Positions 39,926 through 50,930 of a stretch of DNA of 64,000 nucleotides are shown one piece after another (positions within the stretch are counted from its first letter, which is position 1; each line of letters starts with the position of its first letter). A program made the position numbers and the translations under genes. A model generated the notes under the pieces. It saw only the letters and a program-made list of their open reading frames with translations. It had not been told where the DNA came from and ran no database searches. This DNA comes from Podarcis liolepis (Eukaryota), in assembly GCA_965112155.1 (NCBI GenBank), contig OZ218105.1, one strand, 5' to 3'.

Positions 39926-40011
39926 TCAAGCCCAATGTTAGGCAAAAGTTTCCTGCATTGCAGGGCATTGGAAATATTGATTCTCATGGTCCCGCTACAA
40001 TTCTATTATTC
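39926..40011 (+). mobile_element. Degraded 3' part of the tRNA-Lys/CR1-tail SINE
   Basis: tcaagcccaatgttaggcaaaagtttcctgcattgcaggg...tacaattctattattc aligns by eye with 10973-11067. Confidence 0.65.
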
Positions 40012-41648
40012 AATATCTGATTGGGGAAGCATATCCCTGCAACTGTTCCACTGGTGACCATTTTAATGTCCTGCATTTGGACGCTGGCCCTGCTAGTTCA
40101 TGTTGAGCTGTGTGATCATTATATAATGAATACCTCTGCTTGTTTCCTGGTGCCACCATGCTGATCTTAATAAAATGCCAGCTTCAATATCTAACAAAGC
40201 ACAGGATCCTATTCTGGCTTGTTGGTAAGATCTCAGAAAATGGAAACCCTCGAGTGAGGTCTAAGTACTCATCATCTTGCAGATAGATGCTTGAACTGCA
40301 TATATTGGAAGAAAAAAATGAGGTTGCCTGTTTATTTGAAAGGTTTGCTTGTAGCCTCCAATGTGTAACAGGTGCCTGTGGCTTTAGAAGATAACACAGC
40401 TGGCCAAACAATGCAGATTCTATAATCTGCTGCCCTCTTGTAAAACAAGTTGATATACAGGTCAGCCAAACAGTAAGTGCAGCCAGAATAACAAGATGGG
40501 ACTGATTGCCACCCAGCATTGCCCGATATAGCAAGACAAATCTCTCTTACAAGACATGCCACTCCTGTTTGCCTTGTTTGTTTGTTTGTTTGTTTGTTTA
40601 GTTCTGGGGAAATAAAGAGGTTGGGGGGTGTATTCAACAAGAAGGGGGAGACATCTACTTTTTCTTTTCTTTTCAACCCTTAGGCCTTATGTTTCTTACA
40701 TGTCATATTGCACAGATGAAGGACTAGTGGACCCATGGCCAGCAGCATGTCGTATAAATAAAGTGCCGATTAGTTAGGTATTAACACGGAGGCCGAAAAT
40801 GAGAGCAAAACTGATAAGGTTCATGTTCCCATTTATGCAACCTTAAGGCAGGGACGTTAGAAGTGTGTGCAGTATTCCTACCCTTAAAACAGTTGTTGAA
40901 AGTGCCTCAGTTAAGAACAACACAGTGCAGGCCTAAAAAAAAAAAATCTCTGTTGTCAAGGAGAAGCCTGTATCCATGCCACTTTCTCCAACCTGGTCCC
41001 TCCAAATGTTTTGGATTATATTTTCCATCAGCCCAAGCAAGCACAACCATGCAGGCTCAGAATGATGGGGGTTGCAGTTCAAAACATCTCAAGGGCACCA
41101 GTTTGGCAATGGCTTCATTAATACATAATCTTTGGACTGTGCCAGTATGCATATAAGCTATTGCTACAAAATGATCATGTGCAAGCCAGGAAGCCAGGGT
41201 GACGGCAGTGTCGTTATCATTTGAAATAACCCCATACGTGACTTTATTGTGGCAATTCTACCAACTACTGAACATACAAAGGAAATGGACCCGCTTCTCA
41301 GTAAGGCTCGTTGATTGTCATGGCAACCAATTACATGTATGCCACTAGGTTTCGAGTAACTGTATTCACGTGTCCCGTTTGTAAAGCCTGTGGTCATGCT
41401 ATTTTATTGCTGACATGGCCATGATTTCATTAATGAACCACATAACACACACCATCCTAATGTGTAAAGGGTGCCTGAAATAAATGAATAGCCAACTAAA
41501 AGCATAATGGCTCAAGGAAGTGCTTGTGAAGCAGTCCAACACAGTCGTGATGGAAGAGGGCCTGTCTCCATAATGAAACTATGGTCAGGAGGTTTGCAAA
41601 ACGGATTCACATCTGTTTTAAGAGCTGCTGAGGAGGCTTTTCTTAAAG

Positions 41649-41768
41649 CTGTGTTCTTCAACCTTGGTTCCCCAGATGTTGTTCAACTGAAACCCTCACT
41701 ATAGCTAATGGTCAGGGGTGGTGGGACCTGCAATCCAAGATTTGGAGATCCAGGGTTGAAGAAAACTG
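41649..41768. mobile_element. hAT-type palindromic MITE
   Basis: TIR CTGTGTTCTTCAACCTTGG / CCAGGGTTGAAGAAAACTG with a perfect 8-bp TSD TCTTAAAG. Confidence 0.85.
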
Positions 41769-44700
41769 TCTTAAAGTACCTTCTACATGTGTCTTGTCAA
41801 TGTGGAGCAGATGCTTATCTGTTACGACATCTCACAGAAGTATAGTTGGTGCTGGTTCTGTTATTCTCTTGGCACCTGGTCAAAACTTACATGTTGGGCC
41901 TGGTGTTTTAGCTGTTTAGTCCTATTGTGTTTTACTTCCTCTTACAAAGCTGTTTAGATTGTGTTTTATGCTTTTTATCTATGGCAGTATGGCCATTATT
42001 GGTCATATTTTATACACTGCCCTGATACCTGATTGTTGTTTTTTGGGAGGAGGGAGAGGTAAAGATCTTTTAGTAAATAAACAAATGTGCCATTGTTATA
42101 GTGCCAGACCAAGTAATTATCCCGCTTGAAGCTGATCACCAAATGGCAACCTATTCACTAACCCTTCTAGGGCCAACACGTTAAAAATTCTGTACCATTT
42201 CGAACATCAATTCCTGTTCTCATCTATCCTCTAAGTCCTGATGTTTGAAACAGCCTGTTCCACCATGCTGTATGGCAGGGCCAGTCTTGTGTTGTTGACA
42301 AGGCATGGCAAGAAGATAAAGCGGCTTTCACAGGAACCCTGGCACTTTAATCTTCATAGAAAAGTGCCGCTGCTGTCCACCAATAGCACCTCAAGTGCTT
42401 TCTCTAAAAAGCTAAATAGGACTGAGAAGGCAACTTTGGCAGAAAAGTGTCCCAAGCTTTCTAAGTTCTTATAGTCTCATGAAAGTTATCAAATAAAAAG
42501 AAACATTTCCATGCTAAAATATTTATGTGGTTTTAATATAAGGATATGGAAAACATCACACTCAAGTAATTTTTTTGTAAGCCGCTTTGAAGTAGTTAAA
42601 AAAACCCAAAAACCATCAGCAGTATATAATTTTTAATGAAATAAATAAATAAATTCCCGAGATGTGGACATGCTCTTCATTATACTTGTTTGCTATGTGA
42701 AACAGCGAGCTTTCAGCAGGGCAAAATGAACAATGTCAATCCAACTGTATTGTATAGGCTTTGGAAAGTCATCCAGTGGACCAATCTATAAACCAGTTAA
42801 AATATACTGGGATATGATAATTAAGTCAACAGGGCTGAATCAACTGCAAACAAAGGCCTCCGTTCATTCATAAAATGGGCATTTTGCTTTTCTTCGAGCA
42901 GCTTTTTTGGCCACCTAATAAAGATATTCAACCCACCCCAAATCAAATTCTTCTTTTGTGTGTGTATCTGCTTTGTCAGCTGCTGCTGCGCAGCTTTGGT
43001 ATACTCTCACTATTTGACTGGCATCTTTGTGCTTTCCATTTAGATTGGATTAACACATGCATTATATGCTTTAACATCGAGCCCCCCCCCCCACATGGTG
43101 AGACATGTCTTTGACTTTTAATTTCATTCAACCACTGACTTGCACCCCAACAAGAGAAAAATAAATCGCACAACCAGAAACCATTCCCTTCAATTAGAGT
43201 GTTTAAAGACAGCAGCTTGGTGATTTTCCCCTGCCCCCAAAGTGATGTAAAAGGCAGTCAAATTGGCTTGGTGTTATTTTATGTGGGCCAGTGCTGGGAT
43301 GACAACATTACATAGGCTTGGGTTTCAACAAAATTAGCATTAATTTGCACAGGTGCCTTTCAGTTTTATTATTAAAAATGCTTGTTGTTGAGCCTTTCTT
43401 TTGCTGTCCAAATGTTTGCTGCTTTGTAGAATTCCCTGTGGACAGTGTTTGTGTGCCTCCATCGCACAGCTCTGATCACCCATCGTAATCACTTCGGCCT
43501 AATAAGAACTGAGTCTAGGATGCCCCTGTTTCTTTCCCCGCAGATAAGAGTCCTGAGATGGTGAGATAATCTCTCTGTGCCCTCTGTTAGTTTATCCTTA
43601 TAGCTGCCAGCCTCTGCAGCTAAATAATTCCTCTCCAGAGCCCGTACTGTTTATTTGAGCCCTGGAAGTTTTGTAGATTTGCAGGAAGAGCTGCAGATCT
43701 TTAGATATTGGCAGTTTATTCTGTGGAATATGTGTTCAGGAGCTATTTACAGGTGACCTATTTATTTCTTGTCATGGCTGAAGCATGATGGTAGCTTTTT
43801 TGTCATTTACATGACATGGCAGTTCAAGATTTCAGGGGATATGGGCATATTTTAGTATATGATTCAGAAAAGTGTTGTTGTTACCCATTCTCCTAAATTA
43901 AATGCTGGTTTACTGCCGGTCTGTTTGCTTACAATAAAAATTTAGTTGTTTCCACAGCATTATTCATATTTATTCAATGTCACTTGCCTTTTGCTGGAAA
44001 TGATCTAGGAAACGATTTATATTCTGACCCTTGGCTGCCTTCCTGTATTTCAGCATCCGCTGTTCCCAGTGCATGATGAGAAACCAATTTTTCTCCCACA
44101 TCTGACCCTTTATATTTCTGCAACTGGTCTTTAGACAGATGTATGCTTGATTTCCTCCACCTCTATAGACCTAATCAAATCGTACAAGCAAATGTGTGCA
44201 CCAAAAGACCAATGGCAATTTAAATGAAGTAAAATCCACATTGCGAGGGGAAGAATTGGAGCAACAGCAACAAAAAAAAAAAAAATAATGAGAAGGGATA
44301 ATCCCTTCCATACTGTTTCTCCATTCTATAGTATGCCCCTAAATTGCTTTTCTCTGCAGAGTTCCAAATGTGTGTTTGACTTCCCAAATTGGGAGTCTAC
44401 AGGGAGATAAGAATCAGCAGGCAGGGGATTCCCAATTGGTTTTGTGCTCCAGCAGATAACCTCCAAAGTGGACTTTCTCTCCTATTAAAATAAATAGCCC
44501 CCAAGATTTTGTTACACATGTTGTCAGAAAATATTTAGTCAGGGTATTAGGCACAATATGCTATCTAGAGACTTGAAGACTAATGAGAATTTTCTTTGTA
44601 ACTCCAGTAAGATGTGGATTACATGCCCTGAGGAATTTAGCACATAGGGTTGTGCATGCTATGATTAAAATGTGTTAGCACAGGGGAGCAGAAGTGTGTT

Positions 44701-45928
44701 CTGATATGTTCTGCTTATTATAAAATCAGCGTATTAACTTCCCCTTTTTTGGTTAAAAATCCTTTTCTTGACTCTGCACATACAAGGTCTACTCTTAAAT
44801 TAAACCACATCTGGTTTTGAGTTACATACCTTTAACCAGATAACACATGAAAATGTCTTTTAGGTAGTCCTAAAAACAAGCCAGAATGGAAACTGCCTAT
44901 CATGCCTAAATACTTTATCAGAACCAACTCCTTTATACAGGCAGTTGTTCTTATGGTGGTCACACTGTATGAGATCCATCAAAACAGCAAGCTCTATACA
45001 CCTGTGTTAAGGTATTCAGTCTTATTTTTCCCCGCTTGTGCACATACATATTCTGTGCCAGAGTTTGGTTCACAGTGCTGCATGTAAGCAAAGAGACAGT
45101 GACAGCATTTTCCTATTTTCAGAGAGCTGATTTCTTTTACATTACTTTAATTTTATGTTACTGTACGACTCCCACAACATTCTTTGCATTAATAATATTT
45201 TTTAATAAATACCATTTTTTTTCTCTTTCAAGTAGTTTCTGTGGACAAACACAAAGCTTGTTTGTGTGCAAAACCAAGGCTGACTAAATGGTGCTAAAGT
45301 GTATATTGACTGTCAGATATAATCAGGCAAAAATTTGTGGTGCTTAGACAGATTTTTTTTCATTGTTTCTTTATTTTCTTGATCAATGCATTTAACAGTG
45401 TTTTATTATACACACATTCTTTTATTAGTAAATGAAGGCCTCATAGTGCACTATTAAATAAAAAAAATGGGTTAACTAATCTATGTACCAGCTCACCAAG
45501 CTATTATCGTTTAACTCCTTATAATATTGCATAATTAAAGGTCAAGGGGTCATGATATTAATCTCATTGCTGTTCACTCATTACATGACTGAACATTTTT
45601 GAACAAAATACTTATGTTTACAATAGTATAATAACCCTTTGACTGCTGCGGCAACCTTTAACCACGAAATTAAAACGTCACATGCTAGAATTGTCTTTTT
45701 GGTTCTTGTCCTGGCAATCAAAGAGTTAAGGGCTGTGCAGTGATTTGTTTTCTATTTATTAATTTCTATTTATTTTTTTGTTTTCATTTGAGGAGGGGGG
45801 TCCGGGGTGGGGCAGTTCTCGTCTGCTGTAAGTGTCTTAACCAAGGGAAGGGTTAAAAATTGCTTTTTTTATACTATCTTATGTACTTACCATCATTTCA
45901 TTGTGTTGTAATTAAAAAAAAACCTGTC

Positions 45929-45934
45929 AATAAA
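45929..45934 (+). promoter_or_regulatory. Candidate distal polyadenylation signal of MMP16
   Basis: AATAAA with upstream UGUA motifs (atgtac, ttgtaa) and downstream GU/U-rich ctgtcgtggtttcattt. Repeat density rises immediately afterwards. Confidence 0.6.
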
Positions 45935-46247
45935 TAAGAAAGCAGAAGCAGCGTTTCTTAAATCTGTCGTGGTTTCATTTAGATTGTTGTCTGATTTGAA
46001 CAGCGGGAAGTGAGCACCTTCTGCCATTTATCTGCTTCATACTTATGGCATATGGCGGAGGGGATACATATGGGCTGTGTGGAGGAACCTGCTCACTGGA
46101 GGTCATGGCTCTGCTGAGAAAAGGCATGAAACGTATCAAACACTATTTGTCTCAAAATTACAGATGGGTAGCCGTGCTGGTCTGCCATAGTCCAAATAAA
46201 AAAATTCCTTCCTGTAGCACCTTAAAGACCAACTAAGTTAGTTCTTG

Positions 46248-46285
46248 GTATAAGCTTTCGTGTGCATGCACACTTCTTCAGATAC
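46248..46285 (-). ncRNA. Minimal type I hammerhead ribozyme motif, mirror copy on the opposite strand
   Basis: Exact reverse complement of 46314-46351. Confidence 0.8.
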
Positions 46286-46313
46286 ACAGTGTACAGATAC
46301 ACAGATACTCAGT

Positions 46314-46351
46314 GTATCTGAAGAAGTGTGCATGCACACGAAAGCTTATAC
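46314..46351 (+). ncRNA. Minimal type I hammerhead ribozyme motif (CUU site)
   Basis: GTAT-CTGAAGA-A-GTGTG-CATG-CACAC-GAAA-GC-TT^ATAC gives stem I, the CUGANGA core, stem II, GAAA and a palindromic AAGCTT stem III. Confidence 0.8.
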
Positions 46352-46479
46352 CAAGAACTAACTTAGTTGGTCTTTAAGGTGCTACAGGAAGGAATTTTTT
46401 TATTTTGTCTCAAAATTGTTCTTCAGCCAACCTGGTGCCCTTCAGATGTTTTGGACTACAACTCCCACAATGACCACAC

Positions 46480-47305
46480 AGCCCCCTGGACCCTATGTGG
46501 CACCATTAGCACAGGCTTGGCTTCACCATCCCCAGGTGGGGTGCCTGGAGGCCTCCGCCTACCTCAGCCAGTTGCCCAATCCTGTCTGGGGAGGCGTTGC
46601 CAAGTTGATCAGGCCAGGTAGGGGAAGGGACCACCCTGCCCACACAATAAGGGGAGGACCTTACCTGGGAATCGTCAGTAGGCTCCAGAGCTTCTCCAAC
46701 CCTACCCACCCTCAGTTAAGACTTCTTTTGCAGGTTAACCTTTTCTCCACAGGTACGCGGGCACTGCTACGTCAAGGTCACTGTTGAAGGGCCGGAAAGG
46801 AATTCTCCTGCATTGGCAGGTTTGCCTTTCCTGTAGCAAATGTCACAACTTTGGCGGTATTAGGCCTTGGGCAGAATCCTTTAGTCTATCTTCCCTAAAT
46901 GGGGGTGGGCGTGTAGCGGTGACCCACATCCCCCTTCTCTTTGCGGCGGCGATGCCAGAGTTCCCCGTTAAAGGGGTTGTTTGAGGGGAGGCTTTGGCCG
47001 TACGCCTAGAGGTCATCATTGCTCTCCCCTGCAACGGTGGCGTAATGGGGGCGGGCTCTCTCTGCTTGAACATATGTTCTCCAGAGCTAGCCCATCCTCC
47101 TCACACACTGGATAACCCTGATGTTCCCCAGATCCATGGTGGGGGACTGGGAGGGATAAACGCCCAATGCCTGAGCCAAGGTCTACCCACATCTGAAACA
47201 TAATAAAGTTGTGACCAATTTTAATCCCATAGCACGTTGTCTTGAGTTGTTATTCCAAATGGGGGGACCGCCCAGGGTTTGGGGGACTCCACCTGACCAC
47301 ACAAA
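46480..47305 (+). mobile_element. GC-rich retroelement terminal-repeat-like fragment (possibly DIRS/Ngaro or solo LTR)
   Basis: Abrupt GC/CpG-rich block that ends with AATAAAGTTGTGACC...TGTCTTGAGTTGTTATT and truncates a hAT MITE half at 46425-46475. No coding motif is recognised, so the class is tentative. Confidence 0.45.
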
Positions 47306-48627
47306 CAGCCGGCTGGGCCTGAAAGGAGTTAAAGTCCTAAACGAAGTTGTTGAAGGCTGTTCCACAGCATGGGACAGTAAATGCATTGCACTCAACACAG
47401 GTATATGGGAAGACACCCCCCCCCCATTGCCTCGCTATAAGCTAAAGTTGCCATGAAAATGTTAGGGGCCACCAGCAGAGCCTGTAAAAAAACATCTTCC
47501 TACATGCTGTTGGCTGCTTAGATTAGGAGGTTTAGTTAGGCAAACACATGGCATGCACAGCTTCTTTCCCCCCATGGCTCAGGGGAATAATTGAGCTGGA
47601 CCAATGGAGTCCCTGGAGCCTTGAAAATTGCCAGCTGTGAGTGCTAGCCTTGCTGTGTTAGAGCTGAGATTTGTATTGAGGACAACAAACAGAAGGGTTT
47701 AAACCAATTTATTGTAACACAAGCAACATTACTAGTTCGTTTAGAGCTCTTTAGGCAGAAATGAGGTTTTTCCTCATAGAGTTATTTAAATAAAAAAAAC
47801 CTAATTGTAATTGATGAGGGAGTCTCGAATTGAACTCAGTTGAGTTTGCTTTTCAGGTAGTTGGAGGACTGAACTACATAGATGGCCTTCTGACTTTTCA
47901 AATGCTATTGGTGGGAGGCTAGAGATGTGCTAAAGTTTCAGTGAAACACAAAGAGAGAGAAATCACTTCTGCCACTCCAGCTCCACTTCCTGAATGGTGC
48001 CCCCATGCGTATAAACTGGAAGTCAGAAGAAAATAACTACCTGAAGGATCAAATTATGAATAGCATATTTGCATGACTTCATGGATGCCCTTTGTTTATC
48101 TTTATAGAGCACTTCCAATTCACATAAGAGTTACAGGACAATTTTTACAGGAAGTGTAGAAGGAGATAAACTGAATGAAGGAAACGTATGACATGACTAG
48201 TGCCCAAATGTGTGGTCAGTGGTTAGCTTCTCTGTGAATGTAAATCGGTGTCGACCTCTGGCCTGTGAATCTATTTTTGATAGTGCATGTCTGCCCTTTT
48301 ACTCAACTTTGAGTAAAACACAAACACAAACTATGCACTCTTCAACTCTTTGCATGATATTTGGAATTTGGGACACTGGCCTCAAGCTACTACTGACACA
48401 ATTGGCCTAAGGCTCTCTTGAACTGCTAGACAGAAAGGCAACTTTCCCAAAATAGCCTCCTTGAGAAAGGGTATTAGAAAGGCTGTGTGTGTGTGTGTGT
48501 AAAATGTGTTTTATTTGACATAGATGTTTCAGTTTATCTTTTGCTTTCCTCAATATTTTCCTAATTTTAGGTGCTAGCACAGGAAAAACCTTATCCCACA
48601 TCTCATCAATGCCTACACTTAGAGCAG

Positions 48628-48829
48628 TTACAGGTAGGTAGCCGTGTTGGTCTGCCATAGTCAAAATAAAAAAATTCCTTCCAGTAGCACCTTAAAGACC
48701 AACTAAGTTAGTTCTTGGTATGAGCTTTCGTGTGCATGGTATCTGAAGAAGTGTGCATGCACACGAAAGCTCATACCAAGAACTAACTTAGTTGGTCTTT
48801 AAGGTGCTACTGGAAGGAATTTTTTTATT
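48628..48829. mobile_element. Second fold-back Penelope-like mini-element of the same family
   Basis: Perfect 75-bp arms (48664-48738 / 48756-48830), the same one-sided tail and a 14-bp TSD TACACTTAGAGCAG (48614-48627 / 48830-48843). Confidence 0.9.
48737..48778 (+). ncRNA. Minimal type I hammerhead ribozyme motif (CUC site, 6-bp stem I)
   Basis: TGGTAT-CTGAAGA-A-GTGTG-CATG-CACAC-GAAA-GC-TC^ATACCA. Predicted cleavage is after C48772. Confidence 0.82.
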
Positions 48830-48914
48830 TACACTTAGAGCAGGATAACTTGGAAACAAATTATTAAAATAATTATGGACAAGTGTTGAAGACCCTTTTA
48901 TAGCTTAGACATTA

Positions 48915-49250
48915 CCTCTTGAAGGCACAGCATGGATAATTTCATATACTCTTACTATGCAAATGCAAATACTGTAGCCATAGGGGAGTTGTTCCAGCGA
49001 CTTGATAATTTGGGTTGTCCTTTTCTGAAACTTTTCTACAACAATCTTTTTGATGCCGGAAAACCAGAACTGCACACAGTATTCCGACTCTGAATGCACT
49101 GTAGATTTTATAATGGCCTTACAATATCAGCAATTTTATTTTCAATCCCTTTCCTAATGATCCCTTACATGTGATGTAACCTTTTCACAGCTGTCACACA
49201 CTTCATTGGCATCTTCATCAAGCTATTCACTATGACTCCAAGCTCTCATT
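48915..49250 (-). mobile_element. Degraded CR1 ORF2 fragment
   Basis: EYCVQFWFSGIKKIVVEKFQKRTTQIIKSLEQLPY matches the CR1 motif LEYCVQFWSP...LEKVQKRATKMIKGLE.LPY. Confidence 0.85.
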
Positions 49251-49394
49251 TATGGCTTTCTTGATTTGTGAAGAGCAGGCTAATATGGTCATCGGCATTG
49301 CTTCTTCCAGACATCTCTCTCTCTACTGTTTAATCAACCCAGAGAGCCCTGGCGATAAGTTATTTGTTTTCTGTGCATAAAGGACAGCTTAAAA

Positions 49395-49660
49395 CACAAG
49401 AAAAGCTGTGCGGAAAGGTCCATCTAGTCTAGCATCCTATTCTAACAGTGGCCATCCAGGGGCTTCCAAGGAGCTGACAGAATATGAAAACAACAGTCTT
49501 AACCCACTGAATCTCTCACACACGGTTACTCATACTGGCTGTGAACCCAGAGGTTCTACAGTCATCTTGCCTAATAGCCTGTCTTCCATGAATCCCCTTT
49601 CTGCATCACATATCCTGGCAGCAAATGACAGCCTTTAATTAAGTACTGTGGGAAGGAAAT
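49395..49660 (-). mobile_element. Old CR1 3' end fragment
   Basis: aaaggtccatctagtctagcatcctattctaacagtggcca; related to 3505-3730. Confidence 0.6.
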
Positions 49661-50819
49661 CCATGTTAGCCGTGCATCCGAATTATCCAACTCTGTTGCA
49701 TCACCTGGATATATATCTTGAATCTTGATGAGGATGGGAATAAAAAGGTCATGATTATAGCAGGGTTTGGGGCCCAAGAGGACAATAAGCTTGCTTAAAA
49801 ATACGCAGAGAGCTGTTTAAAGCAATGGTTTGATGAGTTCAAAACTTAGAATTCACAGAAATCTGTACTTGAAGCAAAATGTAAGCATTACACCATAATG
49901 AACAAATTATTCACAAAGAATTTTTCATCTGACTCCAGTGAGGAAACAATTGCACATTTGATGATTTCAGCAAAGGAAAGATCTGGGATTGGAAGGACCA
50001 GTTTTTAAGTACTTTGGCAAGTCTTAAGTATTACACCTTGTTTAAATAGGCTTCATTAAGGAATGCTGATTGCCCTCAAATGTAAACATGCACACCAGTA
50101 GGGCCTAGGTGCACCAGTTCCACAATGCTGACGGTAGAAAAATCTGGTAAGTCAATAGCTACTGGATACTGAAGATCAAATTCAACTCACTGTTATGAGA
50201 ACATTGTAAATGAGGACTGTAAAAGCAAAAATGAAAAACTGGAACCTTCTTAATACCTTGTATGTCCATCAGGAGAAAAGAGAAACTTGAGGAGTAGGTG
50301 GAACTGCACATTCCAGTAAAGGGCTTGTCTCAGGAATGTGCTGTTTCAAGTCCTCCTCCCAGAGCTTTACATACTATGTAGAGGAAGTGACTCAAGCCCC
50401 TCTCCCCACAAACTAAACCTTCCTTTGATCGAAGTGGCAGCTCCAGCATCATTGAAGTGTCTTACTTAAAAAGCTGTTTCTAAACATTCAGTCGTATGTG
50501 AAACAAAAGGACAAATACTAGCATTCAAAATTTAAACTACTGTACTGAAATTATGGCAAATGCGATGGAATAATAGGAATGCACATAATTCTGTAGCCAT
50601 CTTGAATGTGCAACCTGTGAAAAGTTATGTCTTCTAAAGTAAGATAGACTGCACTCTAAACAATCATTATCTAATTCTGTTAAGTATCACTGTGAACAAA
50701 AGGCTGACTTCACACTTTACACAGCATAACCACTTAATTACATATCCCAGGAGGCTCTGGTTAACTATGATAATAAGATTTCAGCTTACTATCTGGCTCA
50801 CTACCAACTCCTACTGCTT

Positions 50820-50930
50820 AGTCAGTGCAGTGTACTGGGTGAGAATGTTGGACTAGGACTTGAGACACCAAGGTTCATATCCCCACTCAGCCATGAAACT
50901 CACTAGGTGACCTTGGGTGAGAATATCTCA
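50820..50930 (+). mobile_element. Degraded MIR/Squam3-type SINE 5' part
   Basis: agtcagtgcagtgtactgggtgagaatgttggactaggact...ggttcatatcccc...ggtgaccttggg contains A box, B box and CORE remnants. Confidence 0.7.

Larger units (their letters stand above)
33622..45955 (+). other. MMP16: Probable long MMP16 3' UTR
   Basis: Follows the last coding exon. It is relatively poor in young repeats, has AU-rich blocks (33622-34410, 45040-45950) and ends at AATAAA plus a downstream GU-rich tract. The distal end is inferred. Confidence 0.6.
46160..46403. mobile_element. Fold-back Penelope-like (PLE) mini-element
   Basis: Perfect 94-bp inverted arms (46194-46287 / 46312-46405), a one-sided 34-nt tail (46160-46193) and a 14-bp TSD TTTGTCTCAAAATT (46146-46159 / 46404-46417). 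Confidence 0.9.

Noticed and set aside
46194-46405. CRISPR array, terminator or DNA-transposon MITE
   Set aside because: The DNA is eukaryotic with no repeat-spacer array. The 14-bp TSDs, one-sided tail and hammerhead core fit Penelope-like retroelements rather than TA or 8-bp TSD MITEs.
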